This document shows positions 13,437-26,329 of a DNA stretch of 64,000 nucleotides, in pieces. The notes beneath the pieces were generated by a model that had not been told where the DNA came from, searched no databases, and saw only the letters and a list, made by a program, of their open reading frames with translations. Each line of letters opens with the position of its first letter. Position 1 is the stretch's first letter. Both the position numbers and the translations under genes were made by a program. The stretch is from assembly GCA_977020255.1 (NCBI GenBank), contig CDROCS010000316.1, positions 62,001-126,000 on the forward strand. The letters are read 5' to 3'. The stretch is from Obrimoposthia wandeli. Taxonomy: Eukaryota.

Positions 13437-14451
13437 ATATTTTAGTTATGCCTGTTGCATGTTTGCATTTCTCAATTAATTAGACATTCCATTGTAATCT
13501 TTTTTATCGAAAGCGCAATGATAATTGATAATATTTTCAGATCTTTGGAGGTTTGTTTCAAGATACTGGAATAAAAATTTAATGACTCGATCTAATAAAC
13601 AATCAAATTGGAAGAAGGAGTCGTAAATAGTAATTATTCATCATGATACCAGATCAAACATGCAAAAATATATTGAAATATGCTTTAGTTATTATATTAT
13701 TATCTGTAACAGACAATAACCTATTTTTCTCCGACACGACATAGCATATTTTTCGTTTCTAGTCTTAGTGTTAGCTTATTCAAAAAATCTATCCTGTTAG
13801 AAAGCACTTTTCTATATACAAAATACCGATTTTATGATCTAAAATTATTTGCGTATTGTGCTGTATGAGCTTTTTAATACGCTTATGTATCTTTAGATGG
13901 GTATGATGTCTGGACGTTTTGTTGCACCTGGCTGTGAAAAACAGATATCCTAAAATGAAGTCTCGAAAATCATATTGAATTGACCCAGATATAACTCTAC
14001 ACTGAAAGTGTCACCCTCGTTACTTCAAAACAAAACCCTCCTCCCTTGGGACACATTAGTTCTTGACAAAGCTCATTCAAGGAGAGACGATATCAGAGGT
14101 TTGGAAACTTTGATATTATTTATAGTGCAACTTCAACGAATATGCGTCAGACGTGGTTTTCTTTAATATTACAAAGTCAAGTCTAGAAAGTCATTGGTGC
14201 AAATAAATTATTTCCAGATTACTGAGATAATCACTCACTTTAGACTTCAATTAAAATATGTGATGTATCCATTTAGTATTCCCTCCCCCCATCGAATCAG
14301 AAGAATATATACTAGTTAAGCACATACAGTCAAACACTGATAATACGTACGTCCAAAAACGCAGCTACATTGTATATATTGTACAGATAAAACAAAGTTC
14401 GCTTCCTTCGAATAATTACATAAATTTCATTTTAAGTATTATAATATTGTG

Positions 14452-14700
14452 CAATATGCAAAAATGTATGTGTGGAAATTTACTAGGTAATATTGCAATA
14501 TAATTCATATGGTGACTATGAAATACCACCTAGGTAGTCTGGTCATGCCTATTGCCTGTCTATCTAGTAAATTTGGTCAAAATATAGATGCAATTTAATT
14601 TAATACTTTGATCTCTTATAATATAGAATTTCATCTTACCATTAAACTGTTACATTCTGCTATAGAGAAGGTATGTTTCTATAGAATCACTATTGTATGC

Positions 14701-14732
<32 letters not shown>

Positions 14733-15347
14733 TCAATATATATCTAATATAAGACTAATTTTAACATTTTTTTTTCTATAGACCAGAGGTTGCCAAAGTG
14801 GGTTATGTGGAACTCTAGGGTTCCTTAGACAAAATCAGGGGTTCTGCTAGCCAAAATTTAATAAAAAGTAACTTTACAAAAATTGGCATTAACGTTACTC
14901 GCCTTTCCCAATCTGGGCATAGACCCACTATAGCTACATAATAAATATTTCATTAGTTTAACTTTACATTTTTGTGATTTTTATGGTTTTTAAGTATTTT
15001 TAAATATGTAAGAGTTTCAATATTTTTTAAAATAATACCAAAGGGTTCCGCGACCAAAAATGTTTGGGAACCCCTGCTATAGACTAAAGTTTATACATTA
15101 ACTTTTTAATAAATTTAATAACACAATCTGTATAATATTAAACATACTGGAAAAAAGATGGAATTAAATCAATTTTCAAGTACCTTTAGATGCTTAACAT
15201 TTTTACTGGTCTACACACTTTCATAACCTTTGCACGGCCCTACAACATGTTGATGAGAACATTATTTATTAAAATAGATAAAATAAAGGGCATTGGTCTA
15301 GTCTTTGATGAAAATCTTAAAATGAAATTTATCTGATTAAAAAATAC
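14452..15347 (+). repeat. ~895-bp local duplication, copy B
   Basis: Matches 5946-6841. Confidence 0.95.
14784..15076. mobile_element. 293-bp hAT MITE, copy B
   Basis: TIR CAGAGGTTGCCAAA / TTTGGGAACCCCTG; perfect 8-bp TSD CTATAGAC at 14776-14783 and 15077-15084. Confidence 0.92.
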
Positions 15348-15349
15348 TT

Positions 15350-16080
15350 TTCTACCGTGAAACGACAGCAGTTGCGAACGAATATAATCTTCGTCACCAC
15401 TTTGAAACTAAACATCCCATTCTCTCCGAAATGAATTAAAATGAAAAGAATATCAAGCTTAAAGACCAATAAGTGGAAAACATCAAATGTCAAAAACATT
15501 ACAACATCAAATAAGAAAGCTACTAAGATAGCTTTCCAGATTTCAAGGGAAAATGCTGCTGCCTAGAAATCTTTTACGTAATTTGAGTTTGTAAAGAAGT
15601 GTATGCTAATAGCTATTTCTGGAAACTGCCAAAAAAATAATTTATTTGAGGATATCAGTTTATCAAGAATGACAAAGCAGAGAAGAATAGCTGACATTTC
15701 CACAAATCTCAGTTATCAATTAAAGCAGAAACTCGAGAATTGCTCTTTTTTATCTGATTTATAAATTTATAAATTACTAAGGAACTTGTTGGCCTGTGCT
15801 CCATGTCAGGATGCAATACAGGAATATAAATCCTCATTGAAGTGAGAGCGTGCGTGACTGAAAAATTGGGGTTTGATTTTTGTCATATTGAAAGAAGAAA
15901 TAATTAATATCCCTGAAAAATAACCACAAAAATTCCATAAGCTCAAAGTAGAAGCGTTGAATTATGATCTATTTTTCTTTCGTAGTATTACATTCTAATT
16001 ATGGTATATATTCTTGCAGATTTCACCATTTTTAATTTTAATTTTTATGGCCCTCGTCACTTTTGAATTGGGTACCTCTG
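15350..16080 (+). mobile_element. hAT (GTF2IRD2/SPIN-Buster-like) relic with 3' terminus
   Basis: ETTAVANEYNLRHHFETKHP, EFVKKCML, ISLSRMT..RRIADISTNL; 3' end ggccctcgtcacttttgaattgggtacctctg is hAT-TIR-like. Confidence 0.75.
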
Positions 16081-19000
16081 TCCATAAATTGCATAATTTA
16101 TTCTACAATATTTTACTTGCATCAAAATTTTCAAGTTTTTTACGATTTCAATAATCACTTCATTATAAATATTTTTTAATTTGCAAAACCATAACAAAAA
16201 CATTATTTCTGTTGGTCTGTCCTTTTATCTTGACCGTTAGAACCAAATCAACTTCAATAGAGTATTTAGAAGATCAAAAAAAGTTATTATGAGTCTTTGG
16301 AAATAAATTTATATTTTAAATATCTGATACATGTTTAAAAGTGAAAATAACAGTTAAATTTGACCCTCTTCTCAAAATTTTTCATAAAGCAGAATTATTT
16401 AATATTTACGAAGATTGAAAACCACAAAAAATATAATTTTATCTCAGTGACCTTTGCATTGATGAACTTTTGTATGATGCTCTTATGAAATTGGAATTAC
16501 ATTGTGACTCCTAACAATATAATCAGAAATTTTTCTATAATCTTCTCCCTTACATTAAGGTAGGAATCCTAAGGCATTTGACTCGTACCTTTTAGTGAAA
16601 AATTTATTTTCTATAAAAAACTTTAAAAATATCACTCGTTTATTTTAAAATTGAAGTGGTTTTAAAATTTCGTAACAGTAAAATTACTGGGATTTTAATC
16701 TTTGAATTAAGAATTATTCACGAATGTTTTTGACTCATGGTTTGTTTAGCACTATTTCTAGTTTATAATAGACAGAACTGAACTTGCTAGAATCAGATAT
16801 TGGTTTGAAATTTTAGATTATATACAATTATATAATATACCAACATGCTAAAATTATGGGAAATAATTAATTTCTGATATTACTGCAATAAAGTATTAAG
16901 TGAAGTTATATGGAAACTGAATGGTTTTATTTAATTACATTACAAGAAGTTGTGAAATTCAGCTGGTACAGCCCAGTATGCATTTTATTTAATATTTCCG
17001 GTAAATTCCTACCAATGCAAAAAAAATCAATTCAAAGGCTTTAAAAAATCAAAGTAATTAATTGATATCATTTTTTTCTCGGTCACGTAATCAGTTGACA
17101 TTGTTAATTCAACTTGAATATTGCAATTTAAGGGCTGTAATAATACTAATATTTATTTCAATTATTTTCGAGGTTTAAGTCAGTTTTACTTATTTTTATG
17201 TTTATCAACTCCCCAATTTCTTTCAGTAAAGATACCAAGCCGGTTACAATAAATTGTGATTAACAGCACTGGTAGCCAGGAACATTAACTCATTGTAGGT
17301 GTAAACCTGAATAAAGAGTGCAAATACGGTCGACGTTGTCACTTAAATGAAACAGCTATTGATAAACATACACTTATTTGTATCCCAAATCGAAAGAAAG
17401 TAAACAGGTTATGAACTAATATTTACTTTCTCTCTCTTTTTCTTTCAGTTTCTTTTCCATTGTTCAACTCTCGTATTCTACACGTCAGCAATATCAGAAA
17501 TTACCTGTAGCTTTTATTTTTGCTTTTGTCTCTGTTAGCACAACCATATACTTCAATAGACCACACTCAACGTGGGCTGCTGTGACATTTTCGGGCTAGC
17601 TTTACTTATGTGTTTTAAGCTTAGATATCGGGGTTATGTCGTGACATTTTGCAACGATTACATATTAGCTTGTTTCATAAATGTGCAACTATTCTATGTA
17701 TAGAACATTTGGATTTTCCAACGCTCTTCCTATTGGATGGATGGATATTAGTTTAGATTCATATTCTTAGCTGATATATAGCATTCCATAGACGAGAGCC
17801 GTAGCATTAGGTGAAAAGAAAATAGTTATTATTTTACCTTAAAGGGAAACAAATGTGTCTGCCCCATGTGTGGAGAGCAATGATCTATGGCTAAAATGGC
17901 CCTAGGATCATGGTAAAAGAATAAATTAATTATAAAATCACTATTTAAAAAGTGTTGAATCCACCCATGAGTTTTTATATTTGACTAGTAGAATCTTTAC
18001 TTTTGAAGAACCGAGGTTGACAAGACTCTCCAATTAAATGAATGAGCAGTTTCATTGTTCCAGAAACGTTTGTACATACATTTAATGTTATGCAGTCTTG
18101 GGACCTCTTTATTTCTCACACAATCTTTGTGAAATGCATTTTAGGTACAATTTGACACGAGACGAAAATATAGCCCTAAATGTAAGACATATAATCAGGG
18201 TTGTTGATTGGTTACAAAATATTCATATATGTTTCATCTGCATTAAAAAACCTGATATTGAGAAAACGCGTCTTCGCACAAGTTCTTCTAGAAAACAATT
18301 CGAAGAAACCACAACAAATGATTACATTTAACCGTCTAGAGGAACAAATTTTATGTCATATCTTTTGAAGAATCATGTAAGGAATCTGGTACTTTTCCTC
18401 TCTTTGTTCAGGATATACTTTTTTAGACAATACCATCTTTTTCGATAACTATTGCTCTACTTGTTGATATATTAGTTTCCCCTACTTGACGTTATGAAAT
18501 GTATAGTGTGAAATAAAAATTTCCCAAGTTAGGGTTTTATAACTTTCAAAGTTTATAAAAATTTTGTCTAGATCTGAAACTTTTTCGATGTATTTATGTT
18601 TTCTATCGTATACATAATTCACAATTTATATTTATACATGTATATATGGGGTATTATAAACAAATAATATCGGTAGAAATTTCCGGTTTCTGAATACATA
18701 ACTGATGCCATTGCATATCTTAAGTTTATCATCGATTGTTAGAACAACTCGTTTTCTTTTGTTGACTGACCTTTTTAACTTATTAAACATATGACTTTCC
18801 ACAGACAAAGATACTACATATAAACAAAAATATGTATTGTATATTTTAATATATGTATAAACTTCAAAAAAATATTTTAAGCATGTTTGGATAAACTGTG
18901 ATTAGGATAACTGGGAGATGGCTACTTGGGAAATTACTGCATTGAAACTGTTTATATCGTAACATATAATGTTTGTTTAATAATAAAGGTTTATATAAGG

Positions 19001-19899
19001 AAAATAATTAAAAAGAAATGTCTAAAACAATCAGAAAGGTTGAGAATAATGAATATCCCGAAATATGTTATCAATTTTTATTAAATACATCCTAAAACGG
19101 TTTTAAAATGTCTTAATGTGCTAAATTATTATGGAAAGTATTTTAATAAGTATGGACGTAAAGAAAGGTTTAGTTAAAGATAAAAACGACATACTGTAAC
19201 CAAAACAAAACAAATAATTCATATGTTAGAAAGATATCAAAAAAATGGATATTTCAGTTAGTAAAGGTTTGCCGATGTTTAAAAACGGTGTAAAAATTGA
19301 AATCTCCAAGTTTGAAAAAAGTTCACAAATAATTAAGGTTAAACTTTCAAAGAAGATAATTTTATCGGGATAAAATAATGTCTACTGACGAAAATAGAAA
19401 GGTCAGATAGAATTAAATATTGTTGACCCTTTAAAATATGAATAAAATTCTAAAACAATACTCCACGAAAGGTGTAAAGACATGATATCAAATTCTGGAT
19501 TTATGGCAATATTATAAGTCGATGAAAATCTAAATAAGGATAACTATGTTATTTTTAATTATATTTATTATTCTTTCAGTTGAAAATTGCAGAAAGTACT
19601 GCCTACGTACTTTGAGAAAACAAATCTCAGATGCATCTGGCCAAATTCCATCAATACTCACAACAGCCACGGTATTTCTGGTTTACTCGATGCCGAGAAC
19701 ATTGAGAAGAAAAATATTCACTAGCTGTGCAAATTTGAAATCAGTCGTACTAAAATTAGAGACTGGATCATAAAAAAAGCATATTTTATAATTAAATTTC
19801 ATCGATGTTAAATCTTTCTTTACAATAAATTTGGCTAATGAATTTTAAATAACATATTTATTAATTAAATGCGATCATAGCTTTTTATTCTGTAATTAT

Positions 19900-20700
19900 T
19901 TATCATGACGGCAACTTAAGATAGCAACACTTTTCTCATTGAAAGTCCTAAATGAAACGACATGAAAGCAGTTGATATCATTTTATATTCGTCAAGTTAT
20001 TCGTCGTGTACAATAAATTGTAAAAGCATTTCGTTTTGATGACATAAAAACTTTGATGTTGTAAGAGGATCAAGTTGTCCAAATAGTAAACACAGAAATA
20101 ATTCTGTTGATCGTGAAGCTGCTGAAATTAATATCATTTTCCCCCTATCCATAGTCTATCGTATGCTCGATGACGAATGGGAAAAGCTTCGGATAAGATC
20201 TCAATGGGTTCCTCACGTAAATACTAAGGATTATCGTCATCAAAAGGGTTGGGCATAAAACATATATGTTTGACAGTTAACAAAATGGTTTCATCGTAAA
20301 ATATACAGGCCCGAAATATTGTTAGTTCGTAAAATTCTGCTGAAGATGTCTGTCGCCAAACAGCAAGACGAATGACAACTGACAATAAAAACATCGCGAA
20401 TATTTCTAAGCGATGTAAACATTTATTCCGTACTGCTGGGGTTTATATTGTCTTTCTTTATATTGCCAACGATAGACCCCACACTTCAAGAGCTAGGCAA
20501 CAAACAGCTGTACAACAGTCAAATGTTCGACTTCTTAAAAAAAGTACTACATGTACCCGACACAAATATTTGCGACTGTTTCATGTTTCCTCGATTGAAA
20601 AAAGATCTTATTTTGCCAACAGGGCTGATCTCAACAATTTAGAGGAGTAACTACCAATATTCACGGTTGAAAGTAAATTATATGTAATTATGATATTTGA
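19900..20700 (+). pseudogene. mariner transposase relic
   Basis: SQWVPHV (WVPH motif), NDRPHTS (HDNARPHT-like) and ICDCFMFPRLKK (PCDF.LFPxLK-like) across frames. Confidence 0.7.
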
Positions 20701-21209
20701 AATTCAATAAATTTGACTATTTAAAAACATAAATTTTTTGGTACATCATATGTATAAAAACTTTGGTAATTACAACATTTATCATTTTAGCAGCTAAAAG
20801 GTTGTCAGTAAGATGTAAGTAATTCAAATCTATAAATCATCTCCTCTTCTTCTTAATTAGGCATATATTATATAAAATTGTCGGTTCATTTCAATTTTAT
20901 CACAGTTGCCAAGCTAATTATATAATTTTTGGAATTTATCTCATTAAATGTTAATTTCCTTATATTGTCATTTTACAATTCTCAAAATATCCCTATTTCT
21001 GCTTGATTTAAACTTTTCACTAATGTTTGATGACCAAACTAAACAAATAATGTTGATAAAAATACAAAGAATGCTAAATATAAAATCAACTTGTAAGTTT
21101 TGGTGAAAATTTAATTAATTTTTAAACTAAAATAGCAAAAATATTACAATGAACAGTCAAATTATTTAAGTGAAAAGAACATGCAACGTTCATATCAAAA
21201 AGCTTTATT

Positions 21210-21560
21210 TAACAACAAAAATACATTACTACTGAGATAACTTCATTCCTAAAACATAAGATTACTTGCAAAAGCTTGATTTTCAAAATATTTTAGAGTT
21301 TAATGTTTCAGGTTAAAAGAAAACCAAAGTTATTTTCAAATAAAATGAAAGTGCCAGTACAAATGAGCATTTATTGAAGCTTCATTGGCTGCCAATCAAT
21401 GCCATAATTAAATTCAATATCCTATTTAATATCAAAATAAATATATTCTCCCACAAAGCTCCAACAGTTATATGATCTTCTCGAGCCTGATGCATTGTAT
21501 GGATACATGTATCTTAGTATCAAAAGTACCAATAAAGACAGGTAACCGAAACATCTTTCC
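21210..21560 (+). pseudogene. L2/Crack-like LINE 3' relic
   Basis: LKLHWLPINAIIKF motif; colinear similarity to 6830-7216. Confidence 0.6.
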
Positions 21561-22273
21561 AGGCATATACAATTCATTCAGAGTTGGTCGGAACTTTTAA
21601 TGTTGCTAATTTTTCTCCTTTAGTGAACGAATGAAACCCGGTGTTTCACATGTGGGCCATGGAAGGTTGGTTGACATATTTGTTTAATGGCTGCAAAATA
21701 TTAGTAAGGCCTTCAGGTTTGACTTCAATAGATAAATGCAATTTTATACTCTTCTTTCCTCGTTCCATGTGCACTATCATAAATATATATGCATCTAAAT
21801 ATAGCGTGTTAATGTAACATCATGAGTTGGTAAAATTTCAATTTGCCATATACAAGCGTTTCTAAATGTATGAATTTTTCAAGGTGCACTTTATGCACAG
21901 TTGTGCATTATATAAGGAATTTAAGGGAATTATGGACAAAAGAAGGATATGATAAAAAGTATATATGAAGAATTTCAGGACAAGTATTTCAGTTGTTTAT
22001 TCTTAGTTTAAATTGTTAACAGATTAAAATTAAGTAATCATTAAATTAAAAAGAATCAAAATGAAAAATGCTTTTTTTTAAAACAATTCTAAACGGATAT
22101 ATTTTCCTAATTTTAGTAAACATTCATTCTAATCTCAATTGAGATAAATTCTTTAGTTATATAAAGTTGTCACGAATTTTGAATATCTTAAAGATGTATC
22201 AAAACTAGATTACCAAACTATAAATGAATTCTTTTGCTTTATTTAAAACTGCCCTTAAACATTTAATGTGCAG

Positions 22274-22797
22274 GTGACGTATATGGACGGCAGCAATCCC
22301 AACTCAAATCGGTGTCTGGAACTGGGCAGCTGGCGCCGAATAGTGCACCCGAACTTCATCAACTGCTACTCGTTCAATCTGCACTCGAACTTCAGCCGCA
22401 CCACCAACACGATCGAGATTTTCCTCTATCTGGACGAGATCACACCGGAGCAGCTCTGTATCGATTGTTTCTCGAGTGACGTCAAGTCCCAGTTATCAGG
22501 GGCGCTTATTCTCGTTCATCCGCGCTTCACCTACCCCAACTTCAACCATGACATCATCAACCTGCAACCGGGCACGCTCACTGAGATAAAGCTGAAGATC
22601 TTCCACAACCTCCACAAGCAGCACCCGTACGGTCGCTGCTCTCGGTCGGCACCAACCACCATGCGCCTCTATAATGATAGCTATCACTACTCCGAGCACG
22701 CATGCAAGCTCCTCACCATTCAACACGATATCAACCGCTCTTGCGGCTGCAATGCCATCGAGTATCCCTTTGACAGCTTCAAGCGTCCATTCTGCAG
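22274..22797 (+). CDS. DEG/ENaC family channel, internal exon (palm/knuckle/thumb region)
   Basis: FINCYSFN, LILVHPRFTYP..PGTLTEIKL, PYGRC..YSEHAC..SCGC motifs; GC-rich codons; acceptor tgtgcag|GTG and donor TGCAG|gtacct (phase 2). Confidence 0.9.
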
Positions 22798-23699
22798 GTA
22801 CCTTCTTTGTATACATTCATTTTACAGGGAGCATCACCCACTTCTGAGAGTTGGTCATACTCCTTGGGTACAACAAGGGGATTGAGGGATATTTGATAAT
22901 TCTTTATTTAAAACTGTGTAGAGATGATGTCAGTTCTACTTGTAATGGAATCATTGTTATGGGTTTATCTGTAATACAATGTTGATGGAGAAGTTGTCTC
23001 ATTTCCAATTTGTTTGTTACTATAATGTTCCCAATTTAGACTCCAAAATGTTTTAGCTCAAATAAACTCAAAACACTCCCTTTTATGGGGATTAAAAGGA
23101 TTTTGTATTGTTTTATTCTTAATAAGCTTTTCGTTTCTTAAGAGATTTACTTTAAATCTAAACATTCACTAAATTTTGGGAAGAAAAGTACATGCTTTCC
23201 GTTGATAATTGTTCTTTGCATTGTTAAATTGAACGGACTAATATGAAGCCAGTGTTTTCCCCGCCAGATTAATCATTCTGACTACAGCTGTAAATGAAAT
23301 TCTTTATAATACTTTTCAATTTTTTTCCTATCTTTTTTGGATTTATCGAGTATTTGTTTCGACAACCGAACTTACAGCTTTCCGAATTAGGGCCAAATGT
23401 GTGAAATGTTTTGGAAAGGTGAATCCTGACTGAGATTGTATATTTATGCTCGGTCGATTTCTCTGCCACACAGCTGAAATAATATCGAACTGTCTAAGAG
23501 TGCTGGACTAACCTAGGTATTAGGCTGGTGTTGAAGGTCGTTAAAAACGTAAAATTATACCAAACAGCAGCAAAAGTCATTTACTATTAAAATCGTAACG
23601 TTGATTTCCTTAACAAGCTTATCAAATCAATACCTAGTAAAAGACAAGCTCTGAAAGGAAACAAAGCATTTATAAGAGCATGCTTCTGTTCATTTAATG

Positions 23700-23800
23700 T
23701 GTTGGGGTTTCTAATTGAAACTCTTCGATTAAATCCTCGTATGGAGGCCCCCAACGTGAGTTCTGTACCGATAGGGCTTACAGATGAAGGTGGCCTACCT
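23700..23800. repeat. Structured dispersed repeat, copy 2
   Basis: Similar to 11840-11930. Confidence 0.7.
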
Positions 23801-24169
23801 GTTAGTTAACTTCCTAAAATTACTACATAATACACAATAGGGTTGACACTTTTCTATGCCTATATTTTTATACGCCTCATGCTATAATTACCCTTCAAAT
23901 TATTCCCTGTGCCTTTCTACACGTATATCTAACTATTTAATTTAATATGTTATTGCCGACTAATTCAATAACGTCTTTTATTCAAAATGTACTTAAAATT
24001 CCATTTGTCTTTACTCAAAAATGTACTTAAAAATTCAATTCATCTTGATTCAAAATATGTACTTTATGTAAGTTGTGTTTTTTCTCACCAGTTCAATTTG
24101 AATATCCGTAGTTCTGATATTTGTCTGGATTAGCCGAAAATTAATTTTTCTTTATATATCAAATTTACT

Positions 24170-24420
24170 CACCTCTAACTTCTCACTTCTCACGGCCTTT
24201 GAAGATGGAAGGTGGCAGCTGCGTCTTGAAGTATTCCTGTCTGAGTGCTTCTTCGCGAACTAATGGATTCCTGTTCTTCCTACTGAATTAATTTTCAACC
24301 TCCTTTCCGAAGTCCACTCATCCTCCCCACTAGATTTATCTTCCTCGGCCCCTTCTCACACTGTTCCACTCATTTCACACACATTTCCCACGACCTCTTC
24401 AAGGTCATAATTTATTTTAA
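24170..24420 (-). pseudogene. Degenerate GC-richer ORF of unknown type (YDLEEVVGNVCEMSGTV*EGAEEDK..EEALRQEYFKTQLPPSIFK)
   Basis: Coding-like composition with several stops, followed by a possible ~49-nt gtgag..ccag intron. Confidence 0.3.
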
Positions 24421-24423
24421 TTC

Positions 24424-24558
24424 AATATTTTATTCTAAAATCAATTTATTTTTAATCTTCTATTTAAATTCATTTCGACTTATGATTTTGAGGTTAATTT
24501 TATTTAATATAAATAATTATTTTATTTCTCTTATTCAATTTTCCTTAATCTAACAAAT
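24424..24558. repeat. AT-rich dispersed repeat, copy 2
   Basis: Matches 4175-4308. Confidence 0.75.
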
Positions 24559-25430
24559 GTATATATTTATATATACATATGTATAGTGTATATATTTCAT
24601 ATTATCACATGTTTACAATTCCAAGTGAATCTTAGTTGAATTAAATACAATAGCTGAATTATTGGATATTTTAAATTTGTCTCTTTTAATTTTGACATGA
24701 CTGTAGTTAAAAAGTAACCTTAATATTCAAATAAAATTGTAAGAGTTTCATGATGGTTTTTACGATCATTTATTAATACTGAACAAAAACTTAATCTGAT
24801 TTTAAAAAGTTCATTCTAGCGTTAGACAAATTAATATAATTATACCAAATATCAACATGAAATAAAAAATAAGAAATAAATTTTTTTCTATTTGTTCAAA
24901 TGAATTATTTTTTTCCTAAATCTAATCAAGACTTAATCTAAATAATCATTTTTAAAATATCTCCTTGAAGGAGTCTAAATGAAATATGTCCTGCAGTCAG
25001 AAATAATATCTCTAGAGAAATATTTCCAGGTGATTAAAGTCATCAATTGCAAGGTTACATTTATCACGGCCTTTCACTGTATTATATATGTAAAATTATA
25101 TGTAAATCATCTACTCATTAATCTTTACCAACAATTTATTATAATACATTAAGTTTTGTTAAAAATATATAAATCTTATTAATCAAATCATAGCATATTT
25201 TATCATGTGACTTAAAAATAAAAGGTTGTTTATTGGTATCATTTACTAGTAAATGATCAATTTCGTTCATAGCTAATTGGATAAAATAGTGAAATAAAAC
25301 ATAATTTATTCTGATGAACATAAAAGTTCATGCGAAATATATGATTATGTTTTCTTCTCCAAAAATGTGACACGAGGAGTGCTGAAAAGGCCACAACTCA
25401 GAAAAATTATAAGTCTGGTCTAATCCATAC

Positions 25431-25798
25431 GTAGATAGAAGGATGGAGTTTAACCCGCTTGATAACACTTATGTGTGCGCATCAACCGGAAGTGAATTTG
25501 TGTAAATCGGAAGTGAAGGCCTGTATACTGAACGTGTGTATGTCGTAACTGATTACGTCATGAGCCCTGTCCTTTAAATCGTGCATAGAGTGAAATTTTG
25601 TGAATGTATGTATGGAAAAATGTTTTGAAAAATTAAATAATTGCATTTTTGTTGGAAAAATAAGCAAAAAGTAGAAAATATTGAAATACTAGGTTCTCAA
25701 TCGCCAAAATGATACTCTTCTGATTTGTCGAAAAAAAGGCTTTAAAACATTTTAAAGAACAGGCCCGTTGTGGTTTAGACCAGACACATCCACCTACT
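25431..25798. mobile_element. Polinton-like terminal relic(s) with two opposing termini
   Basis: 25431 gtagatagaaggatggagt matches 44333; the right end catccacctact is the reverse complement of AGTAGGTGGATG; internal CCGGAAGTG x2 and TTACGTCA motifs; no TSD. Confidence 0.45.
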
Positions 25799-26329
25799 AT
25801 AGATAACGATCAAATATTATACACTCAAAAGGCTTTTCCATGTGAGCTCAAAACAAGTCTGTTTTTGCACAAAAAAATGCTTAAAAGAAATATTTTCAAA
25901 TATGTATATAATAATAAATTATATAATTAGTAAGTTATAAAAAATTTTAAATTAGTAGAAAAAAAATTATATAATTTATTAGAATATCTTGCTTCGTAAA
26001 AATTAAAACAAAATATAGCTTTTTAAGCAAATTTTACTGTTTAACAAATTTCAAATAAAAATTAATTGTTTCTTTTAAAGTATCTAGCTGTTAAAGTTAA
26101 TAATAAAATGAATAAAAATAATATAATGTATGATCACATTCAGCTGATTATCAGTATTAAATATTTAATCGCTATCCTTGCTTGTATAAATACCTAAATA
26201 AACGTAATTATATTCTACATTTTCGCATAATTATCTTTAAGCGAATTTAGGTATTGTTGTTTTAAATGGAAAATTTTAAAATATATTTCTTCAAGTACTT
26301 AATAATGGACTGTTGATTAAAACGTAGGA

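Noticed and set aside
19546-19773. NSHGISGL as the channel's N-terminal HG motif exon
   Set aside because: That frame hits a stop before any TM1, and continues KFEISRTKIRDW, which looks more like a transposase HTH relic
22798-22885. C-terminal part of ORF 22268-22885
   Set aside because: Read-through past the splice donor at 22798; intronic
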